This document shows, one piece after another, positions 9,715 through 18,540 of a stretch of DNA of 64,000 nt. A program made the translations under genes and the position numbers. The notes under the pieces are model-generated. The model saw only the letters and a list, made by a program, of their open reading frames with translations. It searched no databases and was not told the origin of the DNA. Position 1 is the stretch's first letter; each line of letters begins with the position of its first letter. Source of the DNA: Candidatus Latescibacterota bacterium (GTDB lineage: Bacteria; Latescibacterota; UBA2968); NCBI GenBank assembly GCA_965222605.1, contig OZ244960.1:2272001-2336000 (forward strand), read 5' to 3'.

Positions 9715-11163
9715 TCACAACACCGCCAATATTTTCTCCACCTTATCCTCAAAAATCATCTGCCACTCAGGCGCCAGCATACAGTCGCTATCTTCTTGCG
9801 CACCGCCCCGATTTTTGAGTTGCTCTGCCGTTGGCGTATAATATATATATCCATTTGTAACACCCGCGACAAAAGTAAACTTATGCGGAGACCCTTTCTT
9901 AATATTGAGACCAATCTGAACAGACAACTCTCCCGGAAATGTAACCAGAACAAATTCCCCAACTCTCAAACCCATCATCTCAACTTCGATAGTTTTTGTT
10001 CCAGCAGCTACATTCCGCGCCTGATGTTTTTTTAGCAAATTCAAATTTATCTGGATCCTCGTCAATTGCTCCATCGCGTAAATATTCTCAATATATCGGT
10101 CCATATTCTCTCTATTTTCAGCATCCAGCTTACTCAGACCATCTCGCCCCATCATCTTCTCATGCAAATAACGATGAGAATAATAAGACGAAAAATCGCG
10201 TGAGAGATTGTATTTCACATACAGTGGAATAAATGTCTTCAGATTGAGACTCGTCCCCTTCAGAGCCTGAAGCAATTGTACCTGTTCGGCCTGTAGTGAT
10301 TCGATACGCGCTGCGAGATCGGCCCTTGGTAGTTCAATGGTCTCATGGACAATCTTCAACTCTCCACCTTCACTACTGCGGATCTTTTTCAAAGCCTGCA
10401 AAGTACTGAGACCCAGCATATTTCCCAGAACCTCGGCATCTCGAGGATTATTGACATCCTTGTACAAAATCGGATTGACATCGCCCCCGCATCCCTGCAA
10501 AAACAGGGCAATAGTATCCTCGCTCAAATTATCTTCAATCACTTTTGACGCAAACCCGGAAATATCCGCCGTATTCTCTCTGCTCGGCACCTCCAGAATC
10601 GGATGACACGCAAAATTGTAAACAACCGCCAGCGTCTCTCCATCTTCCCGATCCAGCCGAAGAATGCCGATTTCCGGATCGACAGGCCCGACCGAAGCGA
10701 CTTCTTCATCGGGCGGAAGCGAGTACGCATGACGAACATCGGCCTCCTTCCCATTCTTCAACTTAAGCCTGCGATTTTCCATAATCCTGTCCTCGCAGCC
10801 AGTGCCAGTACCGATACTTACGGGGACCATATTTTGCCACGCCTCCACGACCGCCTGAACAGTTCGCGCTTCCACATCTGCACAGACCTTGCCGTGACAA
10901 TGGCTGGCATTGATCAGAATATGCGCGGGATCGAGATTTAATTCTCTGTTCAATTGCGAACGCACATTGCTCAGATACTCATTTTTAATAGAACCGATCT
11001 CTGCTATAGCTACCGCATCTGCAGTCACAATAACAGCGGTTTCAGCACCAGACCTCAGAACCAGAGCTTTGACATAAAGTGGATCATTGGCCGGTCCCGC
11101 ATCTGGATCGGTTATAACCACCTTTGCAACGCCTGCCCGGAGATTTCTCGAAATCATTTCCAT
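9715..11163 (-). CDS. Neutral/alkaline ceramidase-like hydrolase
   Basis: NDPLYVKALVL, NASHCH, NFACHP, FLQGCGGDVNP, FPGE, GVTNGYIYY motifs. Confidence 0.72.
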   Translation of the reverse strand: MEMISRNLRAGVAKVVITDPDAGPANDPLYVKALVLRSGAETAVIVTADAVAIAEIGSIKNEYLSNVRSQLNRELNLDPAHILINASHCHGKVCADVEARTVQAVVEAWQNMVPVSIGTGTGCEDRIMENRRLKLKNGKEADVRHAYSLPPDEEVASVGPVDPEIGILRLDREDGETLAVVYNFACHPILEVPSRENTADISGFASKVIEDNLSEDTIALFLQGCGGDVNPILYKDVNNPRDAEVLGNMLGLSTLQALKKIRSSEGGELKIVHETIELPRADLAARIESLQAEQVQLLQALKGTSLNLKTFIPLYVKYNLSRDFSSYYSHRYLHEKMMGRDGLSKLDAENRENMDRYIENIYAMEQLTRIQINLNLLKKHQARNVAAGTKTIEVEMMGLRVGEFVLVTFPGELSVQIGLNIKKGSPHKFTFVAGVTNGYIYYTPTAEQLKNRGGAQEDSDCMLAPEWQMIFEDKVEKILAVL

Positions 11164-11170
11164 ACCTTAC

Positions 11171-11204
11171 TCAAAGCCCCAGATCTCTCTGATTGTAATT
11201 TTTC
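11171..11204. repeat. 34-bp direct repeat, copy 1 (duplicate of the 3' end of the PhyH gene)
   Basis: TCAAAGCCCCAGATCTCTCTGATTGTAATTTTTC versus 12031-12064, one mismatch. Confidence 0.95.
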
Positions 11205-11243
11205 TTCATACATCTGTTCCTGATTAGGAGACGACAAAAACCA

Positions 11244-11319
11244 CTGGATCGCGGCTCAACACCATGCCGCGATGACACCTGTTGCTCGTAACGCCTGCAT
11301 GTTTTAAGCAGGCGTCCAG
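11244..11319. repeat. Pair of inverted REP-like hairpins (GTCAT...ATCCAG type)
   Basis: Arms ATCGCGGC/GCCGCGAT (11248-11273) and ACGCCTGC/GCAGGCGT (11291-11315); the units are divergent reverse-complement copies, both ending in TCCAG. Confidence 0.7.
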
Positions 11320-11439
11320 AGGATTAAAACGAGAAACTTATTTGACAGATCACTCATGCAAGAGCTGTCTCGAACGCCATTAGATTGCGGATCTCCCGAC
11401 TGAACTCTATTAAAGCCATGAAGCATTCAGAGTACTGTG

Positions 11440-11652
11440 TCAGATAGAAACATCGCTTTTCTCATCTACCAGGACGATGAGTTGGCGCACGATAGGTACC
11501 AATTTTCGGGGAACCTGCATAGCGGTGTAACCTTGCTCAAAGGCGGTCTCATCTTCAGCGATGGTCTCTTCTTCCGTCCGGGATTCGACATGTTCGATGA
11601 CCTCCTGGACGCGCTTCTGATTCCACCCCTTGGGATATTTATTTTCGTCCAT
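11440..11652 (-). CDS. Putative antitoxin (small acidic protein, 70 aa)
   Basis: ATG 11652 after GGAGG, MDENKYPKGWNQKRVQEVIEH...MQVPRKLVPIVRQLI; 1 nt downstream of the toxin stop. Confidence 0.65.
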   Translation of the reverse strand: MDENKYPKGWNQKRVQEVIEHVESRTEEETIAEDETAFEQGYTAMQVPRKLVPIVRQLIVLVDEKSDVSI

Positions 11653-11653
11653 C

Positions 11654-11938
11654 TTATCGCCTCCTGCGTTGGCGACGGCGGAGAGCCCGCAATTCGTTGC
11701 CACGCATCTCAATAGCAGTTATGATGAAAAAGCTTTCAGTGGGATAATCGTCGCGCACATAAACGATGCGCAAATATCGGCCGCCTCGGGTCTGACCCAG
11801 GGCTTCGCGAGTGCCATTGCGACCAGCGCGATCTTCCAGTGCATTTTGCATTACGTCTTCCACTTCGTACTCTTCGACGCCGTGGTTGTAAATGTGGAAC
11901 TGATTAGTATCTGGATCAATGTAAAAGCGAAAATGCAT
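11654..11938 (-). CDS. DUF4258/BrnT-like toxin
   Basis: 94 aa; HIYNHGVEEYEVEDV...ALGQTRGGRYLRIVYV...FIITA pattern typical of BrnT/DUF4258 RNases. Confidence 0.7.
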   Translation of the reverse strand: MHFRFYIDPDTNQFHIYNHGVEEYEVEDVMQNALEDRAGRNGTREALGQTRGGRYLRIVYVRDDYPTESFFIITAIEMRGNELRALRRRQRRRR

Positions 11939-12030
11939 ATTTTTTTACCTGTGCAGACGGGGAAGCGCGATCGTAATAGTTCGCATAGATAGCTCTCCTC
12001 GTTTTATCGGTGTTATTATTTGTCCCCGCC

Positions 12031-12064
12031 TCAAAGCCCCAGATCTCTCAGATTGTAATTTTTC
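12031..12064. repeat. 34-bp direct repeat, copy 2 (actual 3' end of the PhyH gene)
   Basis: TCAAAGCCCCAGATCTCTCAGATTGTAATTTTTC. Confidence 0.95.
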
Positions 12065-13164
12065 AAAACACTCTCCCGCGTTTCTTCATTCCAGCGGTTG
12101 GCGTCCTCCTCTCCAATCAAAGGCTGATAAACATAGCGAGATTCATCCGGAAAGCGCTGCTGCCGCGCATCAATCCCCAGAGCGATCAAACGAGAACGCT
12201 CGTAGATACGCGCCTCGTCGTAAACCACCTCCTCATCCCCACGCCTCACCCGCGCATTCAGAACAGAAGATTGACGGTGAAATCCAAAATTGATCGTCAC
12301 CCGCTTATCCGGCGACGTATTTGCGAAAGAGCCGTGCAGAGCCTGGCGATTGGACATAACCACATCGCCGGGTTCACACACCATAGGAACCGCCCTCGGC
12401 AAACGGTCAGAACCACCGTTATCCTCAATCATCTCTTTAATATCCAGCTTGCCCTGCCTGTGCGACCCGGGAACCACCCACACCCCATTGGCCGCTGTAC
12501 TTCCGAAAAGCTGCGCCATAAAATTAAACCCGTGCGTACCCTCATCCCAATCGGGTCTATCCCACTGTGTGGTGCCATCCTGATGCCAGGCTACCGATGC
12601 ACCTAACCCCCGCTGCTTGACAATGACAGACTCTGTGAATGGCGTAAAATCCGGCCCATTGATCTGCTCAGCAATAGACAGCAGTTGGGGATGTCCATAA
12701 AGCCGCAAACAAGAATCCATAATCTGCAAAGGGGCAGCGATACTGGAAATCACATAGTCCGGCGCATCGGCGGGAGGCTCTGGCTCCGTCATCTTAGCCG
12801 GATGACGCCCATTATTGCTCGACGTACCCCCCACGGGATCGCTCAGCGGTCTGACAAAGCGAAACGGCTGCCGCGCCAAATCTGCCCCGAGTGCTCTGCG
12901 GCCCTTGGCATCGACCACCGCGTCTTTAGTATGCGGTGCCCGCTCAAACGCATGCGCCAAATCCGCCTGCAAATCCTCGAGCTCCTCATCGCCCAGCGCA
13001 CCCTCAAACACATAGAACCCCACGCGCCAATACGCCTCTACAATATCCTCATCCAGCGTACCGTCCGCATTAAATTTGATAGCACCGCGATTCCCAAGCG
13101 CGAACGCCATCTCCTCTCCCTCGCGGACATAAGCATCCATAGCATCCTCTGTAGTGGTCTTCAT
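12031..13164 (-). CDS. Phytanoyl-CoA dioxygenase (PhyH) family Fe(II)/2-oxoglutarate oxygenase
   Basis: WHQD, NGVWVVPGSH, PGDVV...LHGSFANTS...R motifs. Confidence 0.88.
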   Translation of the reverse strand: MKTTTEDAMDAYVREGEEMAFALGNRGAIKFNADGTLDEDIVEAYWRVGFYVFEGALGDEELEDLQADLAHAFERAPHTKDAVVDAKGRRALGADLARQPFRFVRPLSDPVGGTSSNNGRHPAKMTEPEPPADAPDYVISSIAAPLQIMDSCLRLYGHPQLLSIAEQINGPDFTPFTESVIVKQRGLGASVAWHQDGTTQWDRPDWDEGTHGFNFMAQLFGSTAANGVWVVPGSHRQGKLDIKEMIEDNGGSDRLPRAVPMVCEPGDVVMSNRQALHGSFANTSPDKRVTINFGFHRQSSVLNARVRRGDEEVVYDEARIYERSRLIALGIDARQQRFPDESRYVYQPLIGEEDANRWNEETRESVLKNYNLRDLGL

Positions 13165-13185
13165 TTTATTCTCCTTTTTGAGCTT

Positions 13186-15180
13186 CTACCACCCATGCGT
13201 CCAGTGCGGCGTTGACGGAAACCAGATATAATCCACAAGCGAAGAAAGCGCGCAACCCGTCACATATCCAACAACGAGACCAAAGAAAAACGGACGCACG
13301 CGATTGTAAAGCGGGATACCGCCAAACCGCAGAATCATATGCTTGGCCGACCAGGTCAGAAACATACTGAAAGCATAAGTCCTCGATCCCTGGCTAATCT
13401 GAAAAGCCAGCCCCATCGGATGCAGCGGCCACCAGGGCACGCGATTTCGCAAAAACGTAAGCAAACCTGCAAAAAGCACACCCAGAACCCACACAGACGC
13501 CTTGGCCGGATCGAACACAGTCTTATCTGCGCGCACAATAATCGAAACCATGCGATTATAAAGATTTTTATTACCACCCTGAAATCCGCCCAACCCCAAA
13601 TTTTGAGCCGCATTGTCATAGCCGAGATAAATCGTATAGAGCATAGACGCGAAAAAACACGTCGAAAAAGCCAGAAAAATCGTCCAAACAACCCGCTTCC
13701 GTCTCTCTTCAGACGAAAAAAATTTCAGGTGATGGGGCAACGAGGGCCAAACCGGAATGCGGTAATTCCCAAAAAACATATTGGAATTGACAAGACCCAG
13801 ACCGACGACCTCCCTGCGCGTGAACGTCGAATACCCAATCAGACTTTCAATAATTGGTCCGCCCCTATTCGCCACCGGAAACAAATAGGAAAATCCGCTG
13901 GCCGCCGTGTATTTCGCAATGGTAAAATAGGCAATATAGAGAAGCACCACCTGAAGAATCGCAAGGGGCAGCGAAAGCCCCATATACGTGACAAACCCCA
14001 CCACAAAAACCGTAGAGAGTCCCAAACCCACAAGCGCGAAACGGTAAGGGATAAGACCATCGTCTTTTGGAGACCGACAGCCTTCCATCGCCGCCTGAAA
14101 CACCCTGCGCAAATGCCCCCGAGCAATCCAGACTGACCAAAGCGCGAGAAAGACAAAAGCCCCGTGAGATTCCAGCAGCAAAATCTCATAGGCATTTGCC
14201 TGCTGACCCGTATAGCCCACCGTATATCCAACGCGGTTGATAAATCCTTCTTTCAAAATGGCAAAAAGTCGAAACGCCCAAAAAGAAAGAAGAATATCGA
14301 GATTGCACAGATAAGTCAGCCCAATAACGGGCGGCATAATACGCAGCCTCAGAGGAGGAAAATGTTCTGCAAGAATAACATCCTTATCCGCGATACGCAC
14401 CGAATCGTAAATCTCAATATGGGGCAGATTGGGCGCAAAATACGTGACAATATTATACACATAAACGAGCAGCACAACCAGGACGCCCGCCCAGAATATG
14501 CCGTCTTTAAACATCGCGGGAATGCGCTCTTTACCATCAAAACCTTCGGTCAGCACAATGGGAAAAGTCGCCAGAGGAAAAGTCAACTTTTCGGCATCTT
14601 CCCACTGCCTCTGAAAAATAACCGAAACACAAAGCGCGGCCACCACAAGCGCGATAGACAAGCTGAACCACCAGCCAAGCGCGCCTATCCAACTGACCCA
14701 CGGAATGCTCTCGCCCGGCGGCAGACCCTCGTAAAAAGTCGTTATAGACCCCTCCGATGCCTGAGGCAATACCCACCAGGGCATAACATCAAAAAGAAAC
14801 TCCTCCCATCGGTTTTCCGGCGAAGCATAATAAGTCGGAGAACTGATAATACCACCCCAGTAAGTCGCCCATCCCGCAACCGGAATCGTCCCCACAATCC
14901 ACGACATACTGTAAATCAGAACAAGTTCAGAACTGGAAAGCGCAATGCGGGGCCAAAAAAATCTGAGAACGAGATTAACGCCAATCCAGCCCACAAAAGG
15001 CAGCAACACAGACATCGGAAGTTGCGACTTGACCAGCGCGCTATTGACGAGCACCATCCCCGTGTAATTGGTATAAGTATTGAGCAAGACCCCCGTAGCC
15101 ACGCCCAATACGACCGCCCGCACGGTAATAAGGGGACGTTTTTGTCCGGATACATCTCGTAAAGTTTGAGAGTATGCCAT
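13186..15180 (-). CDS. DUF6785/DUF6784-type multi-pass membrane protein (putative transporter)
   Basis: 664 aa; QRQWEDAEKLTFPL, WWPLHPMGL, YNRVRPFFFGLVVG; paralog of 5199-7190. Confidence 0.8.
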   Translation of the reverse strand: MAYSQTLRDVSGQKRPLITVRAVVLGVATGVLLNTYTNYTGMVLVNSALVKSQLPMSVLLPFVGWIGVNLVLRFFWPRIALSSSELVLIYSMSWIVGTIPVAGWATYWGGIISSPTYYASPENRWEEFLFDVMPWWVLPQASEGSITTFYEGLPPGESIPWVSWIGALGWWFSLSIALVVAALCVSVIFQRQWEDAEKLTFPLATFPIVLTEGFDGKERIPAMFKDGIFWAGVLVVLLVYVYNIVTYFAPNLPHIEIYDSVRIADKDVILAEHFPPLRLRIMPPVIGLTYLCNLDILLSFWAFRLFAILKEGFINRVGYTVGYTGQQANAYEILLLESHGAFVFLALWSVWIARGHLRRVFQAAMEGCRSPKDDGLIPYRFALVGLGLSTVFVVGFVTYMGLSLPLAILQVVLLYIAYFTIAKYTAASGFSYLFPVANRGGPIIESLIGYSTFTRREVVGLGLVNSNMFFGNYRIPVWPSLPHHLKFFSSEERRKRVVWTIFLAFSTCFFASMLYTIYLGYDNAAQNLGLGGFQGGNKNLYNRMVSIIVRADKTVFDPAKASVWVLGVLFAGLLTFLRNRVPWWPLHPMGLAFQISQGSRTYAFSMFLTWSAKHMILRFGGIPLYNRVRPFFFGLVVGYVTGCALSSLVDYIWFPSTPHWTHGW

Positions 15181-15188
15181 AACGTCCC

Positions 15189-15566
15189 TTAGTCTTCATA
15201 AGTGACGACAACATCATCGCCATCGATTTCTACCGCGTAGGTCTTGACATACACCTCGGGATCGACCAGACAGCGTCCTGTTGAGATTTCAAAAGACCAC
15301 TGATGCCACGGGCAGTGCAGAATTTCGCCATCGCCATCAATGGAAATCGCGCCCTCTCGCGTGGAAGGCGGTGCCTGAGTCGTCACCCTACCACCGAGAG
15401 TACCCGTACATAGCGGGCCATTCTTATGCGGACAAATATTGCGAACCGCGTAAAACGAACCTCGAACATTAAAAATGCCAATACCGGCGCGACCGCGAAA
15501 CGGCACCACAATTTTGCGCTGTCCGGGCGGTATCTCCGAGACCTTGGCAATCGCAATACGCGCCAT
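15189..15566 (-). CDS. Rieske (2Fe-2S) ferredoxin
   Basis: CPH...CPWH Rieske ligands, 125 aa. Confidence 0.9.
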   Translation of the reverse strand: MARIAIAKVSEIPPGQRKIVVPFRGRAGIGIFNVRGSFYAVRNICPHKNGPLCTGTLGGRVTTQAPPSTREGAISIDGDGEILHCPWHQWSFEISTGRCLVDPEVYVKTYAVEIDGDDVVVTYED

Positions 15567-16712
15567 TTACACAACCTCCATACGCAGCATATCCAGAGCA
15601 TTATCGGCAAAAATGCGCTGGTGCAAACCCTCCGCCAGCCTGGGAAATGTCGTCACGGGATCGTTCCAATCAAAATGGGGAAAATCCGAACAATAAATAA
15701 GGGTATCCTCGGCGTGTAACATATCCAGCATCTGGTGTATTTGCTCGGGACGCTCAGGCTCGTGCAAAGGCTGTGAGCCAACCCGAATATGGTCGCGGAA
15801 ATACTCGCTCGGCAAACGCTTGAGCCACGGCGTCTGGTCGCGCAATGCCTTCCAATCCGAATCCATGTGCCACATCAGCGGAACAGCCCAAAACTGCTGT
15901 GCTTCAATGAGGGCAAACTTCAAATCTGGAAACTTCTCAAAAACACCCTCGCAGATCAATGACGCCGCATGGGTACTCGCCATATACGGACGGCTCATCC
16001 TGGACTCCATGTAATACGTGGGAAAACCCACAGGAGTCGGAACAGTCCGCGTTGCCCCACCACCGCCACCCACATGAGAAACCACCGGCAACCCGTGATC
16101 CTCACACGCCTCCCATATCGGATGGTAAAAGCGATTGCCAAAAGGCATCATCACGCCCATCGGCACCATCACCGCAACCGTATCTTTGCGATGCGCCAGC
16201 CTGTTGATTTCATCGACCGCCTGAGAGGGATCGGTAGGCGAAACCAGAATGGCATTGACGAGACGATCGTCTCGACTGAGCCAGTGCTCAATCGTCCAAT
16301 CGTTAAACGCGCGACACAGCGCAGCCGCCCAATCCGGATCGGGCAAACCCGAATACCCATAAAAAGGCGGTGGCCCCGTCAACAGCGCGTAGTCAATATG
16401 CCAGCGATCGAGATGCTCTTTCTGCAAAAACTCAATAGAAAAATTGAAATCCCGCTCTTTGAGATCGGGATCCTTCAAATCTGGCCGGTTGGCGCGGAAG
16501 GGCATATTGGGGTATCCACCGCCGGGCAGATGGAGACCCTGATCGTAGAGATGCTCCTGATAAAATTTGGAAAGATGCGGCAACAAATCTTCCGGACGGC
16601 GAAAATTTTGATGTACATCGCAATCGACAATCGCAACACCTTCTTTGGGCTTCGCGGTCCAGCCCGGTGCCGTGACGGGTGCAGAACCCATTTTTCCACC
16701 TATATTGCTCAT
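15567..16712 (-). CDS. Amidohydrolase_2-fold protein, probable dinuclear-metal oxygenase (AibH/PtmU3-like)
   Basis: DCDVH, CRAFNDW, HPIWEAC, GVFEKFPDL, SDFPHFD motifs; abuts the Rieske gene. Confidence 0.8.
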   Translation of the reverse strand: MSNIGGKMGSAPVTAPGWTAKPKEGVAIVDCDVHQNFRRPEDLLPHLSKFYQEHLYDQGLHLPGGGYPNMPFRANRPDLKDPDLKERDFNFSIEFLQKEHLDRWHIDYALLTGPPPFYGYSGLPDPDWAAALCRAFNDWTIEHWLSRDDRLVNAILVSPTDPSQAVDEINRLAHRKDTVAVMVPMGVMMPFGNRFYHPIWEACEDHGLPVVSHVGGGGGATRTVPTPVGFPTYYMESRMSRPYMASTHAASLICEGVFEKFPDLKFALIEAQQFWAVPLMWHMDSDWKALRDQTPWLKRLPSEYFRDHIRVGSQPLHEPERPEQIHQMLDMLHAEDTLIYCSDFPHFDWNDPVTTFPRLAEGLHQRIFADNALDMLRMEVV

Positions 16713-16903
16713 TTAATCCTCCGTATCCACTTTATGGGTGTTTCAATACCTGTTAAAAGCAAAAGTACTGACACATCTGAGCACTTGTCAAGACAGAACA
16801 TCAAAGAAGATCGAGCGGCGATGGGCTATTTTTGTTGACGTATTGAGATTGGCGAGTATTTTCTTATCTCTAAAATCATGTTCAAGAATCAAAGGAGCGT
16901 ATT

Positions 16904-17905
16904 ATGTCAAACAAAATTCGGGTAGCGGTAATCGGCACAGGACAGCGCGGACCATCGCATGCACGCGAGCTATTGGGATGCGATGAAGCCGAACTCGCAC
17001 TCGTGTGCGACCTGGATGAAGAACGCGCCAAAAATGCGGCTGAAAATTTTAACGTAAAATACGAACTCGACCATCGGGAAGTCATCGCACGGGACGACAT
17101 TGACGCCCTGGCAATTGCAACACACACCCGACACCACGCAGGAGTCATGCGCGATGCCGCCGCGGCAGGCAAACCATTTCTGGTCGAAAAGCCATACTGC
17201 GACAGCATTGAATCGGGAAAAGAAATTTGTGAACTGGCAGAACAAAATAACGTAGTGGCAATGGTGGGATATCAATCTCGCTTTACGGCTTTTGCCCAGG
17301 AAATGAAAGCTCTTGCCGCGCAGATCGACTTGGTACAAACCAACGTATCGCTCCAGCGCGGATTCTTTAATCCGCAGTATTTCTTCCCCGAACATTACAG
17401 CGGCATTCTCGACGCACTATCGCATACCATGGACCTGGCTTTGTGGTGGACCGGCGCTTTGCCCGTGGAAGTCATGGGACACGAGCGCTGCGGCCTATTT
17501 AAACCCGACAAAGACGCCGTGGAATTCGTCAACATCACAACCCGGTGTGAAGGCGGGCAAATTGTGTGTATGACGGGAAGTATGGCGGGACTCCAGATGC
17601 AGAACATTTTTCAAATGGTGGGCTTGAGGGGAAATATCTCGGCGATAGAGCGCAATCGGATCCGATACGTGACACATGGCGGATTTAATGAAGACAAAAC
17701 GCCTATTGATTTGAAATCCGGGGAATGGACGGGATCGGGAAAACCGACGACGGACATGTGGACGCATTTCGCGCAATGCGTGAAAGAAGGGCGAACAGGT
17801 GTATCACCCGGAGCGAGCCTGCGAGAGGGACTCGCACAAGTGGCGGTAAGCGAAGGCGCGTATTTCTCTTCCCGCGAGGGAAAAGCCATCACAGTCGCAC
17901 TTTAG
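16904..17905 (+). CDS. Gfo/Idh/MocA family oxidoreductase
   Basis: VAVIGTG Rossmann start, LVEKP motif. Confidence 0.88.
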   Translation: MSNKIRVAVIGTGQRGPSHARELLGCDEAELALVCDLDEERAKNAAENFNVKYELDHREVIARDDIDALAIATHTRHHAGVMRDAAAAGKPFLVEKPYCDSIESGKEICELAEQNNVVAMVGYQSRFTAFAQEMKALAAQIDLVQTNVSLQRGFFNPQYFFPEHYSGILDALSHTMDLALWWTGALPVEVMGHERCGLFKPDKDAVEFVNITTRCEGGQIVCMTGSMAGLQMQNIFQMVGLRGNISAIERNRIRYVTHGGFNEDKTPIDLKSGEWTGSGKPTTDMWTHFAQCVKEGRTGVSPGASLREGLAQVAVSEGAYFSSREGKAITVAL

Positions 17906-17920
17906 CCAGAGGAAAAGATT

Positions 17921-18442
17921 ATGGAATTCATCCAAAAAGACGCACAAATAACACCGCATTATTTTCAAGACGACGGAAAGGTACCAAATAGTATATTCCC
18001 TCTCCTGATCTATCAAGCTGCCCTATCACTGCCCGAAGACGACCCTGCGCGGGCATTTGAACAGGTATTTGCAGCCAATCGCTGGTCGCGTTCATGGCGC
18101 AATGGCATCTATCCCTTTCACCACTATCACGCCACAGCACACGAAGTACTGGGCATCGCAAAGGGAAGTGCCAGAGTGTGCATGGGCGGTGAACAGGGCA
18201 TGCGCTTGACAATCGGACCGGGCGATGTCATGGTTGTTCCCGCGGGCGTGGGACACAAAAATCTGGGCGCGAGTTCAGACTTATTGGTCGTAGGCGCGTA
18301 TCCCGATGGACAGCACCCGGACTTGTGTCGAGAAAGTGCCCATGAACACAGACACGCGCTGGAAAATATTCCCAAAGTACCAATGCCCGCTTCCGATCCA
18401 GTCTTTGGAATAAATGGTGCTGTAATGAATTTATGGAAATAG
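17921..18442 (+). CDS. Cupin domain protein (YjlB-like)
   Basis: WRNGIYPFHHYHATAHEVLG, GDVMVVPAGVGH. Confidence 0.85.
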   Translation: MEFIQKDAQITPHYFQDDGKVPNSIFPLLIYQAALSLPEDDPARAFEQVFAANRWSRSWRNGIYPFHHYHATAHEVLGIAKGSARVCMGGEQGMRLTIGPGDVMVVPAGVGHKNLGASSDLLVVGAYPDGQHPDLCRESAHEHRHALENIPKVPMPASDPVFGINGAVMNLWK

Positions 18443-18471
18443 TAATAGGCGGCGTGACTCCACCACTTAAC

Positions 18472-18498
18472 GGGCGGGCACAGGGGCACCGCCCCTAC
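18472..18498 (-). repeat. GTAG-family REP element
   Basis: Reverse strand reads GTAG-GGGCGG-TGCCCCTGTGC-CCGCCC, the GTAG tetranucleotide plus GC hairpin. Confidence 0.7.
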
Positions 18499-18540
18499 TG
18501 CTATCGCTGATTTAACATTCCACCCTTCTATGAGGTTTTT

